From Catajapyx aquilonaris (lineage: Eukaryota), in assembly GCA_000934665.2 (NCBI GenBank), contig KZ538199.1:1-64000 (forward strand): a stretch of 64,000 bases of DNA. The letters are read 5' to 3'. Positions 1 through 10,700 of this stretch are shown in pieces (position 1 is the stretch's first letter; every line of letters begins with the position of its first letter). The notes beneath the pieces are model-generated. The model saw nothing but the letters and a program-made list of their open reading frames with translations, was not told where the DNA came from and did no database searches. The position numbers were made by a program, and so were the translations under genes.

Positions 1-846
1 TTTTTTCCCGCCAATTTTGAAGGCACTTTTAAATGTGCCGTAATTTATCCAGTAATGTCATTTTGATGCAACAGAGTGATGGAATGTATGTTTACAGACA
101 TGGGCTAGCTAGTTATGAACAAAAATCCCAAATCCCAGACCAAGGCTACTTCCCCATTATGAGTCACGAGGATGGTAAGGAAATGAAAAGAGATATGTAT
201 AATAATTGGTGTAACCATCACATTTGAGTGCCCTATGATGCCAAAATCAGTGCATTTCAACTTTATTCTTCTTCCAGCACACTGACAGAGTGCTGCAATT
301 ATCATGGCACACCCTCAGATTTAAGAATACATTTTAACCATGAAAACCAGTGTGAAGAGAGTTATTAAGTTAGAAGTTATTAATATACTAGTATATTATC
401 TGTATTTCAATCACGCCATTTAATTTTTTAAATCATCAACATGTACTTCTCACTAACACACAAAATGTGTAAGTGAGATACGTATGTGTTGGTGAAGTTT
501 CGTGGTATTTTTGTGACCGACCAAAAGTTCAAACTCCTGCAGCAGCCTTGAGGATCATTTGCATAGTACCTAGACATAGGGCCCATCTCGACTCTCGAGC
601 GCTTGGTAAAGATTTATGGTCATTTTCGTCCCACTGCTAGTTACTTCTAACTTAGCAGTACCAGTGTTGGTACTGGAATAGCTAAGTTAGCAGTAACGGT
701 TAACGTCACTTTCAGGAACGTCATGATTCCAGGGTTAATTAACTACTGTACTTTATAATCCCTTAAATCAGGTTTAATCAAAATAATAAAATTTTCCATA
801 GATTTTTAATTTGTCTTCTGGAAAAAGTCTGATACATATCCTCCAA

Positions 847-1655
847 GGAACCTCTCGAAGTGTCACTCGAAGTTCAAGGTGAAATCTTTTTTTTCGGGTT
901 CCTTATCATCTAGAAGGACAACACCCTTCTGGAGAAATCCTCGATCTCAAGCGTTTTCGAGATACAGGGGTCAAAAGGTCAAGAATGGACCACTTTATGA
1001 AGGCCCCGAGGAAGCTATCATTAGTGCTATCGGCGAGATTTTTGGGATCTAGAGGTTTCTTGGGATGGGGAATACAGTGGCATAACCAAAAATCATGAAT
1101 TATGCACATGAAGGGTACTTCTCAGGGAAGGGGGTGGGAGGTGGGGAGACAAAGTATTTTCTACTCCTTACGTCTTTAGACAGCACTGACTGGACACCCA
1201 AGTTGGTGAATTTTATTAACTACATCATGTAAACATGAATTATGTAGAATTTCTGAAGCACTCCTCTTGACGAAATTCACCAACTCGGGTGTCCAGTCAG
1301 TGCTGTCTAAAGACGTAAGGAGTAGAAAATACTTTGTTTAGAGTAAGTTTTGTCCCCCCACCTCCCACCCCCTTCCCTGAGAAGTACCCTTCATGTGCAT
1401 AATTCATGATTTTCGGTTATGCCACTGTATTCCCCATCCCAAGAAACCTCTAGATCCCAAAAATCTCGCCGATAGCACTAATGATAGCTTCCTCGGGGCC
1501 TTCATAAAGTGGTCCATTCTTGACCTTTTGACCCCTGTATCTCGAAAACGCTTGAGATCGAGGATTTCTCCAGAAGGGTGTTGTCCTTCTAGCTGATAAG
1601 GAACCCGAAAAAAAATATTTCGCCTTGAACTTCGAGTGACACTTCGAGAGGTTCC
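847..1655. mobile_element. Long foldback (inverted-repeat) element, probably a non-autonomous DNA transposon
   Basis: Arm 847-1213 is the near-perfect reverse complement of 1273-1655. The right arm has a ~14-nt insertion near 1338-1351 and the spacer is 59 nt. Weaker outer match AAAAGTCTGA (823-832) / TCAGACTTTT (1689-1698). The two almost identical 67-aa ORFs (906-1109 -, 1393-1596 +) are mirror images produced by this symmetry. Confidence 0.85.
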
Positions 1656-1825
1656 CTTTAGTCCTTAGTGAGACATATTGATATTCTTTCAGACTTTTAT
1701 TGCTAACCTTTTTTTTTTTGGCAATGCATGGATAATTGGGAGTACAGTGGAATGCTATTTTTCACACTGAGTAGCCTCATGGTCATATAGTTGCCTGAAG
1801 AGATGATATAAAACAAAAAATTAAC

Positions 1826-2299
1826 CGATCTCATCCATGTCCAGTGCTTGGCATGCAAACTGAACCATCTGGAGCTCAGAAGTCAGAAGCCACTTACATC
1901 TGGGACAGCTTGAATCTCTTCATCTTCTTGGACTCATTAGGTCGGCCATGTTCCTTCAGTGAATACTCCATCTGTTTTAGCTTGTTGCAGAATGCTATCA
2001 TGTGGCCGAACCTGGTCCGATATGACTTGACCTCGAGTGGTATGGGCTGCTTGCCTGAGCTTCCTTCCCCTTGACCGTCCTGTTTCTTCCCAAGGGATCC
2101 TCCTGGCTTGTAGTCCATCTTGGTTAGCATGACAAATTCTTTGTTGTCACTTGTAAGGGCAGCCTCCAGGATTCCCAGGGGCTTGAAAGGCTGGCTGAGG
2201 TGCTCATTCATCACCTGGCGATGCTTGTTTTGGTCTTGAGTACACTGCTCCTGATGGCGGTGGCGGTGGCGCAGGCCTGGTCTCACATTCTCGGACAGA
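1826..2299 (-). pseudogene. Decayed G-patch domain protein 11 (GPATCH11/CCDC75)-like exon
   Basis: Translation ENVRPGL...SDNKEFVMLTKMDYKPGGSLGK...QPIPLEVKSYRTRFG matches the G-patch pattern (NKGFxMLxKMGYxxGxGLGK...PIxxxxKxxRxGxG) but conserved glycines are replaced (G>E, G>D). A stop at 1894-1896 and a frameshift precede ELQMVQFACQALD, which resembles the downstream GPATCH11 segment. Bounded by acceptor cctttcag (AG at 2301-2300) and a possible donor gttaat (1825). Confidence 0.7.
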
Positions 2300-4007
2300 C
2301 TGAAAGGTTTATGAGATTGTGTTAATAGGTGCCTATAATACAGGGCAGTCTCTCATCCTTAGGCATAAGGCAGGTCCCACCCACCACCTATCTTCATGCC
2401 ACCCACTCCACAATAATTTCTTCCAAGTAAGGAAAAATTGAGGAATATAGCCCCATCAATCAGTGGTCATTTAGTGTGAGGGTCCTCTGCCCATGTAAAT
2501 CATCCTCCTGTTAATCCTCTGCTGTCACGTGTACTGACCCATGAGTTAATCATTTAGCGACTCATTTTTAATTCAATTAAGAACTTTCAATAAAATGGAA
2601 ACTTCTTCAACTCTCTGAGCAAGGTTTATTCTTAGTGTTTGCTCACACTTATACTCCTTTTATTATAGTGATTTGTTTCCCCCCCCCCAAATCACTCTAA
2701 TAAAAGGAGAATAAATGTGAGCAAATGTGGATGTCGGAGTGGCTGGACAGGATCCTGCTGGCCGGCACATGGTGCTCAGGGAACCTGCCACCCTGTCCGT
2801 CGTCTGAGATGGGCAGGGTTGGGGAGTGGGGAGTGGGACAGGTAGTTAATAGTTTTATTTTGACAAGTTTTAATTTAGTTCATAATTATGTGGAGTTAAC
2901 TTGCATCTCCCTTCATCGCTGGCGCTCAAGTATCCTGGCCTTCTGGTTACCCCAGCTTAAAACTAACATGTTGCTCTGTGCACAAAAATTTGGAAGAAAA
3001 ACTGGCCAAGCATCATCTGGTTGGTAAATGTGTTTTAATTTCCTACCACCTGGAAGAATTGGTGACTCTCCAGCAGAACAAATTATGTAATTGGCAAAGT
3101 TGCATGCTTTTAGGTCAGTCATGAATTCGAATCCATTTCTGTGATGGAACAACATTAACCCAATGTTGAAGTGCTTTCAAACATATGTTGCACTGCTGGT
3201 AGAAGAGGACGATTTTTAAGGTGGGCTTCTCTAACTATTGCTCTAAAGCCCACCATTGTTTCCCTACCAGCGTTGGGACACCACAAAACTACAAAACCAA
3301 AGACGGAAATTATTAACCAACAAAAGAAAACACCAAAACAACCAAAAAAACGGAGGTGATATACACCAAAAAAACGCTCTAAAAAGAATTCTCGTGGTAA
3401 GGCGTCCATATGTGGTCACATTAACGACCAATACACTTGCAACCTAAAACTAAAACCTTAAAAGTTAAAACCCAAAAGAATTCCACCGTCCAGCGGTGGA
3501 GCAAGTAGCAACCGACCTGCCATCAAATGATTATCCCCACGGGGAGAAGCCTTAGGAGTAAAGTTGCAATAAATGCCTAAATCAAAGCGCCAAATGAAGA
3601 AAAAGCCCGGGACCTGATCCAGGAACCCAAAGATTCCTCCCCAAACACCACCTCGGCAAGTAGGCGTTGATCAGGCCCAAGCTACCCATTCTCCTCACTT
3701 AAAATTTTCTATATCTAAGTAAAAATTTAAATGCACTGACACCCACACCAAACTATGTTCACGCATTCTCCTCTGACAGAAAGGTGTCAAACACATGTTG
3801 CACTGTGATTACCGAACGCCAGGTGACAAAATTTAGCATTCTTATGGTGAATTGCAATTCGTGGCACTGGGTGGGCCCTTGCTTGTGGGTGACACTATTT
3901 AACCTGGCGACATGTAAATTCTTGCAGCTCATTGGTCGGCCAAGTTGAAAAGTGAGTGGAGCTTTTGTCACAACCCAGGAAGAGTAGTAATAAATTATGT
4001 TCTCTTA

Positions 4008-4333
4008 GGGGAGGCGGAGTGGTGCTGCGGTAACGCACGCGCCCACGGATGTTAAGGTCCCGGGTTTGATCCCAGCCCGGGGACACCCCCTTCATCTCGT
4101 GCAGAGTTAAGTGGTCGTCTCTGGCTTCGTCTCGGGTGGTATTTCCGTTAAGACAAACCACCTGGGGGAGTTCACAAAATGACCACAGCGTCAGATGCAC
4201 TGCACCTTGCACATCCCCTCCTGTCATCCTGCCCGTGGGCCCGGGCGATACACCATGTACTATGTATACACCAACAGCTAATAATAAAGGTCCATGTGAT
4301 AAACCCTGATGGGTGAAAGCATCTACCCAACCA

Positions 4334-4392
<59 letters not shown>
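4008..4392 (+). mobile_element. tRNA-derived SINE with (TAT)n tail, copy 1
   Basis: Pol III A-box-like TGGTGCTGCGG (4020-4030), B-box-like GGTTTGATCCC (4063-4073), (TAT)n tail. 16-bp target-site duplication TAAATTATGTTCTCTT at 3991-4006 and 4393-4408. Homologous to 7854-8237. Confidence 0.9.
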
Positions 4393-4395
<3 letters not shown>

Positions 4396-5299
4396 ATTAT
4401 GTTCTCTTGAACTTGACAACCCCCTTTGCAAATCAGAAACCCAAACAGTTTCAACTTTCAGAATTACACTGGTTGAATTTAGAATTACCCTGTAGAGGTT
4501 TATATCAGGCTGGTATAGCCATGATGTAGCACCAGTGTAAGCACTGAATTTGCTATGCATTTTTCCAGTTGCTTGATCTTACCACTCCTTCAGAAAGTCA
4601 TCCGACTTCCCCTCAGCCTGCATGCATCTCTCACTCGACACCTCGCTCGACACGGGTCCAGAAATCTCCAGCAAACTATGCTACCAGAGACGCACGCTAT
4701 TCAAAATTTGACGCCATCTTGAACATCACTTCCTATCATAATTGATATTTAGTCACTCATAACCAATGCTTTACCTTTAATGATTATATATCTATAAATT
4801 TCTTAATTATTACCTTAAAATGTTCATGCTATAGTTTACCAATGTGAGCTTAATTGTTTTATAAAACCGCCATCTCATTTAGTCAATTCCGAATGTATCT
4901 TTTACAGAAAATGAACACCAACTCATTATATTAAATCTGATAACTATATTTACGGACCTCATCAGTCGGTCCTGCCATCTTCCGGGAATTGCCTGCACCC
5001 AGCGGCGGAAACAAAAGTTGTGGTCTGATCCGGGAAGATTGCCCCGTAACCTTGGCCTCTTCTTCAGGAAACTTCCCTAACCCCCCAACCACCCTGTCCT
5101 TTTTTTCCCCCCCTAGTGCGAGGGGGTGGGTCAAACTCTATATAGATTTTTTTTTTGGGTAGTGTGGCCGTGGGGGAGTAGTTTTTCGGGGGCTGTTGTC
5201 TGATGGGTCGAGCCTGGCAGGGTTTGACTGGTGGTTCCCCTGGCTGCTGTTGCTTGCATCTCCTGCCTGTATCAGTCGGCTTGGTGCATGGCGTGAACG

Positions 5300-5760
5300 A
5301 GCTAAGACGGGCCAAATCTCGGGAGAGAGACGATGCAGTGGGATGGAGAGGAGACGTCAGGGAGACGAAGGAGGAGGCGAGACAACATGTGCGCACAGGG
5401 GATGTTTTTCGACTTCCTACAGCCAGGTATGAGACCATGTGACAACTCAAATTTGCAGCTAAAAATCTGTACTGGTGATGTGTAAGGTCGGAGTACTGGC
5501 TGGCTGAAACGGAAAAGGTTGTCAGGTAGTGTGCCGACTAGGTAGAAAAACACCCACCCAGACACTGAAAATTTGTATGCCATGGTTTACTGGGTGTCAT
5601 GCGGGATGAAGACAAATTAAGATGCTGAAGTCTTGCCAAGAGTCTTGCATGAATAATAAAAGTGCAGGTCCTGCAGTTATTACTTTCAGATCCCATTTGT
5701 GGCCTAATGTACCATATCGCTACGCTCACTGTCTGGGCAGTGAGGCACCTTGAAGTCACA
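5300..5760 (-). mobile_element. Probable degraded Gypsy LTR-retrotransposon pol C-terminal (integrase GPY/F region) fragment
   Basis: Frameshifted translations HARLLARL... and YKFSVSGWVFFY...RFSQPVLRPYTSPV...RKSKNI...HMLSRL resemble the FxxGDxV...KFxPxYxGPY...HVSRLK layout of Gypsy integrase tails. Recognised by eye only. Confidence 0.35.
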
Positions 5761-5864
5761 AATTAATTGTGAGGCCAGTTCATGTGGTCGTGTCGCATAG
5801 ATTTTAACAAAGTTGAGTTTAGACTTTATCACCCAGTCCGCCCAGTGTTCTCTGTATTTTTTAA

Positions 5865-6149
5865 CCCTGGAACTGTGCCGTGGGGTCTTTTTGGACCCCA
5901 AGGAATTAAAATGCATTAAAATGATAATTACAATGCACTTTTGCCATTTTTTTTACAGTATATAACAGGAAGTGCAGGTTTATTTTGAATTATCGCTCAT
6001 TGTAGGCATTGTTCAAAGAATGATTGTATATAGTCAATGCATTGAAAAATATTATATATTAATGAATTAAAATTAAAATATGGATGGGGGCCGAAAAGAC
6101 CCCACGGCACGGTTGCCGTAATACGTTCAGGCACGGCACTGTTCCAGGG
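5865..6149. mobile_element. piggyBac-family MITE
   Basis: TTAA at 5861-5864 and 6150-6153. TIRs CCCTGGAAC(T/A)GTGCCGTG match 17/18. Asymmetric subterminal repeat CCGTGGGGTCTTTT(T/C)GG(A/C)CCCC lies next to the left TIR and ~30 bp inside the right TIR, as in piggyBac ends. Confidence 0.9.
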
Positions 6150-6177
6150 TTAATAGTAAATTTGGGAAATTGCAGTA

Positions 6178-6338
6178 CAGTGTTGGTCATATATCGAGGT
6201 AACCGCCAGCGACATTTTCCGAAGCGGCAGAAGAAGGAATCAAAGATAAGCATACTTACAAGCCAGGCGAGCAAGATTCCTTCTTCTGCCACTTCGGAAA
6301 ATGTCGCTGGCGGTTGCCTCGATATATGACCAACACTG
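6178..6338. mobile_element. Palindromic TA-flanked MITE
   Basis: TA|CAGTGTTGGTCATATATCGAGG...CCTCGATATATGACCAACACTG|TA. Arms 6178-6241 and 6275-6338 are nearly perfectly complementary, with a 33-nt spacer. Confidence 0.85.
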
Positions 6339-7351
6339 TACTGTGTTAATATGGTTTGGGATGCTCTCACACTGGATGGCAAATGCATAGCGGCGCAGTT
6401 TTTTTGATGCATGATTTGTTAATGACAGCATGGCTGGAATTAAAACTTAGTTGCAGCACTGAGCTGATTTGGTGTGACAGCTTCCATTCCTTTCTGTGGT
6501 CTTAAAAAACTGCACCTTGCAACACCCTTAGAGTACTTGGTGTGACCTGGGGTATGAGATGCAATATTTTTACTCAGTACTTTTGGCTTGCAGTTAGTAC
6601 ACTGTGAAAAGTCAGCAAGGGCTCATCCATAAATTCATCACGCTGAGTTTCAGCCAGGAATTGTCTGTACCTTAACATCATGCGCAGATGAAAGGCCAGG
6701 CTTCACATTTAAGAAGCATAAACTATTTTGGAAATATCCTCCACTTCCCCCCTGGATATGCATAGGTTACTGTATTTGCAAATGTAGGAGTCCGTGGTTT
6801 GAAACAGGAACTTGTCATTATTTCAAGAAGGCATATGAAATGTAATGAAAGCAAATATGGGCAAAGGAACCAGGAGGTGCACTTCACAACATTTCTAGTA
6901 ATATTTAAAATTGTTATTCGAAGCATTAACTAGCCAGCTACTAAATGCTTGACTACCATATTACAGTATGACTATTTAGTATGGTGACTACACCCCAATA
7001 CCTGTACATCAGTGTCTGTTATGCAGGTCTTGATCCCCGATTGAACCCTGTTAGCATCATGTATTAACATGCCAAGTAAGACCTATTGGAATGAAAAAGG
7101 TGTGGAAAGAATGTTCCCTCAAAAAATTATGGCACATGGCGTTAGCTATACTAAAGCACACAATTACCATATGATGTGCATTTTTTGGACAGTGGAACCA
7201 GAATTTGTTCGTCCTTGTTCAGACACTTCCCACCAAGCGAAGTCTTTTAACTTATCAGTCCCCAATTCTTGTCTGCCAAAAATGTCTCTTCTTGAAACAA
7301 GTGAAGGTCACTCCTCCAAAGTTGGGACTCAGTGGATGATGATCAAATATG

Positions 7352-7569
7352 CAGGGTGTTCCAAGTGTGTTGGTCGCATTAGTTACAGGAAATTTAGCTC
7401 CAAGCTATTTTTTTTTGTAACTTGTTGTGCCCCCATCCAGGTGCCCTGCTATATTCAACCACCTGAAAGTAATTGAGCACCTGCATCGGGGTGCAAAAAG
7501 CGACACAAAAATAACTACTTCAGGCGGTATTAGCAATGACTAAAAAACCCAGATACCTGGAACACCCTG
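7352..7569. mobile_element. Tc1/mariner-type MITE (older copy)
   Basis: TIR CAGGGTGTTCCA...TGGAACACCCTG followed by TA (left flank is TG, a presumably mutated TA). Degenerate internal symmetry. Confidence 0.75.
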
Positions 7570-7853
7570 TACACCACGTGAACTCTTTGGAAGCACAACA
7601 ATGGGTGACTTCACACCACTTTCGGTATACCTGCATTGCTGACAGTCTCAAGCAGTTCAAGTGATACATCATTGAGCATCTGCCACCTGGCCATGCACCG
7701 AGTGATTTTCACTTGTTTTCCCACCCCAGGAAAATTTTTGCCATCTGCAAGTCAGGTAGGCCTAGCGACAAAGAGACAAAAGACCTGGCATGGCAGTGAG
7801 CATGTTAGACATTGGCTGACAAAAGCCGGTGTCACTACTGCAGTCATCACCGC

Positions 7854-8180
7854 GGGGAGGCGGAGTGGTGCTGCGGTAACGTATGCGCCCACGGATGTTA
7901 AGGTCCCGGGTTTGATCCCAGCCTGGGGACACCCCCTTCATCTCGTGCAGAGTTCAGGGTCACCTCTGGCTTCGTCTCGGGTGGTATTTCTTGACTAAAC
8001 CACCCGGGGGAGTTCACTAAAAATGGCCACATAATGACATTGCACTGCACCTTGCACATCCCCTCCTGTCACCCTGCCCGTGGGCCCAGGCGCTACGTCA
8101 TCAGGTCCAATGTATACTGTATATGAGTAATAATAAAGGTCCGTGCCATATAACTCGTAAGGAGTTCGTGCACTACCCGG

Positions 8181-8237
<57 letters not shown>
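7854..8237 (+). mobile_element. tRNA-derived SINE with (TAT)n tail, copy 2
   Basis: Same head as copy 1 (GGGGAGGCGGAGTGGTGCTGCGGTAAC...GGTTTGATCCC) and (TAT)n tail. 19-bp target-site duplication ACTACTGCAGTCATCACCG at 7834-7852 and 8238-8256. Confidence 0.92.
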
Positions 8238-8239
<2 letters not shown>

Positions 8240-8256
8240 TACTGCAGTCATCACCG

Positions 8257-8432
8257 GGCCGCCCCGAGGCAGTTGATATCTGCTGCTGCCCCTCCCCCCA
8301 TATGTCGCTTAAAAATTTAATTTTTCTCCTGTGTTGTCGCCTTTGTTATATTTTATTTAAAAATAATTATATTACAACTTGTGGCCGCCCCTAGGCAGTT
8401 GCCTACCCTTCCTATTGGGAAATCCGGCCCTG
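8257..8432. mobile_element. Partial hAT-like MITE end
   Basis: Repeated GGCCGCCCC(G/T)AGGCAGTTG motif and terminus AAATCCGGCCCTG (reverse complement CAGGGCCGGATTT, a common hAT MITE end). The matching other end was not found. Confidence 0.4.
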
Positions 8433-9041
8433 AAAAGAAACTATTACATCCCTTACCGTAGGTTATAAATACTGAGAGGTTTGAGTGGATGACATAAAGT
8501 AATGAGATTTGTTAACTGTCTTCATCCTGGATAGTAATCTCATATTAGGAAATGGCTGCTGTTGACTGCATGATCTCAAAAACTTAAGTGTAACCTGCTG
8601 ATACGTTGCATCCAGTATTGAAAATAAGATGCAAGTGAGGCATCAGCATGCTAGGCTTGTGCTCAGTCACTCAAAAAGCCAATAATCACACCTCAATGAC
8701 CTGCAACTCCCAAGCAAGGTCATGGTGAGATTTTTCTTCATGTTCTGGTACTTTAACAAAATAGGTTTACATCATAGTGAAGATACTTCGTTATATGTAT
8801 TCCTAAATACAGTTTATTTCACCCACCAAAAAATATTTCAAATGTTATATCAAGATGAAAATTTTAGCAGATGAAAATTTTGCACTTTCCAATGAGTCAA
8901 ATATAGCTGCAGTTAATAATAATAATCATCATCATCATCATCATCCTTGTGTTGTTCCAGGACTTTATTCATGAGCAAGATTTTTAAGCTCTTTGCATTA
9001 ATCTATTTAAATAGCTCTGCAATTGAAACTGAAAGTATGTA

Positions 9042-9252
9042 CCCCCGTGAGCATAAAGATGGAGACGGCAGGCCCTTTTCTGACCTTTCTTTATCCGACT
9101 CAAATTAATGAACTCTTTTTGGACCGAGTTAGCTGCTTCAGTCGTGTGTTCGTGTATTTATGACAGTATATTTGATACCGTAATAGCTGAGATTGGCAAT
9201 GCAGCCTGCCGAAGGTGAGGGCCTGCCGTCTCCATCTTTATGGTCGCGGGTG
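9042..9252. mobile_element. TA-flanked Tc1-like MITE
   Basis: TA|CCCCCGTGAGCATAAAGATGGAGACGGCAGGCCC ... GGGCCTGCCGTCTCCATCTTTATGGTCGCGGGTG|TA: ~34-bp TIRs with 3 mismatches and a TA duplication. Confidence 0.82.
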
Positions 9253-9649
9253 TACAAGTATCTGGTGTACAAGTTGGTGGAAAGAGAGTGTTTATGAAGT
9301 TAATGCTCCAATCTTGGCTTGATGGAATGGTGTTTAAGAGAGGACATACCCCATTCACATTGTGCACCGTGTGTGATGTGCCCGATGTTTGCAGCAATAT
9401 TTCTGCACTATTTGTACTTCGCATGTAGTTGTGTGGGTATAAGGCAGGCACATGATGACATGAATGATTTTTTAAAAACGGCATGTTTCAATTATGCAGT
9501 TGTGGTGGTTGGCCGAACCCCTATCCGTACACATCCAAGTCACTGTCGATCAATTGGGAATCTACTACCCTCTACTAGCTTAATGTATTTTATTGCCCCA
9601 TCCCCCATAGCAAGAAAAGAATGCACAATGTAATTAATCAGATTGCCAT

Positions 9650-10700
9650 TTTGCACTTGATGCACAAGTTATGAACCCTAGTATAATCTTGCTTCATTGC
9701 AAGCTTGTTTTTCAGTATCAGGGGAGGTTGATACGTGAAGGCCAGCCCTAATCACCTGCTCTAGCCACTTTCACCAAGCCTGTTCTGACATGCTTGCATC
9801 CCCTTGAGGAAAGTGGACAAGTCTGAAGTGATGCAGCACAATTTTTCTCACCATTTACAACTTGTGTGTCAAGCAGTATTTGTTCCTTCACACTGTGGTT
9901 GGGCTTGCCTCCATATGACTAATTGTTGGTTGTCTTTTCTGTCTTGATATTTATTAATGAGGTTTACACAACAATGATTTTGCAGCGCTGGTTCTGTTGC
10001 CCTAGCGCAGTCCTAGATAATGCAAGCTTCTGTCCAGAAGATATCTATTTGAAATTGTGGGGTAGCAGGGGGTAAGAACAACCAGGTTGGTAGGATGGAG
10101 AAATCTCTCAGCCACCCTACCCATGTTGCTCGTGACAGCTTCTGGTAGCCCACAATCAGGAATAGAAATTGCCTGGAGAAAAGTTTCATTTTCTACATCC
10201 ATGCAATGTGCATTAAACCTGGTTTTGCTCTTGCATCATAGCCTGTGAGTCAGACAACACACTTCCCTCTTCCTTCCGGCCCTGTTTGAGGTCATTCATG
10301 TGTTCATACAGACTGCATACTGTACAACCAACATGTAGTGGTGCCTGGGGAAAATATGCATCCCGATGACCGTTTGATTTCTACCATGAGGATAGGCCAG
10401 GATAGGAGCGAGCCATTATCACCACCAACATAACCCATCCTCAGCAAGCCAACTCTCAACATGCGAATCTCTTAAGGTGGAAGGAGGCCGCTTCGATGCT
10501 ATGCTGTTGCCACTTCATATTGGTGGCACACTGTACAATACTATCTGCCAAATATTGTGAACATGCTTTATTGCAGGTATCCTGCGAGCGCCACTACCTG
10601 TGGCACTCGCCTCACATGTGTCAAGTTGTGAATGTGTCGCAGGCACTGGCACGCACAGGACATATGAAAGAAAGTGTGTCCAAGAAAATATTTGGCTGCA
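9650..10700 (-). mobile_element. Heavily degraded DDE DNA-transposase relic (Kolobok-like DGRxDSPG type)
   Basis: Ordered, frameshifted motifs on the minus strand: ICPVRASAC...ECHRxWRSQ; SDS[fs]GYDAR; MDVENETFL; NQQLVIWRQAQ; W[fs]RKIVLHHF; RVHNLCIK. These parallel CPxC..HxxxWxSQ, DSPGHSAK, MDxxTxKIL, HxFDVWHxAK, WxxSIxNHL and SFHN. By-eye recognition. Confidence 0.4.

Noticed and set aside
906..1596. Pair of near-identical 67-aa ORFs on opposite strands
   Set aside because: Mirror artefact of the 847-1655 inverted repeat; no protein features.
2913..3700. Possible LINE 5' end or endonuclease relic on the minus strand
   Set aside because: Only vague similarity; no diagnostic motif could be confirmed by eye.
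4008..4085. tRNA gene
   Set aside because: A/B boxes belong to a SINE head with body, tail and TSD; no clean cloverleaf.
3895..4560. 221-aa ORF with poly-Ile, and similar poly-Y/L/N/S ORFs at 8123 and 23142-24203
   Set aside because: Frames are held open by SINE tails and trinucleotide microsatellites.
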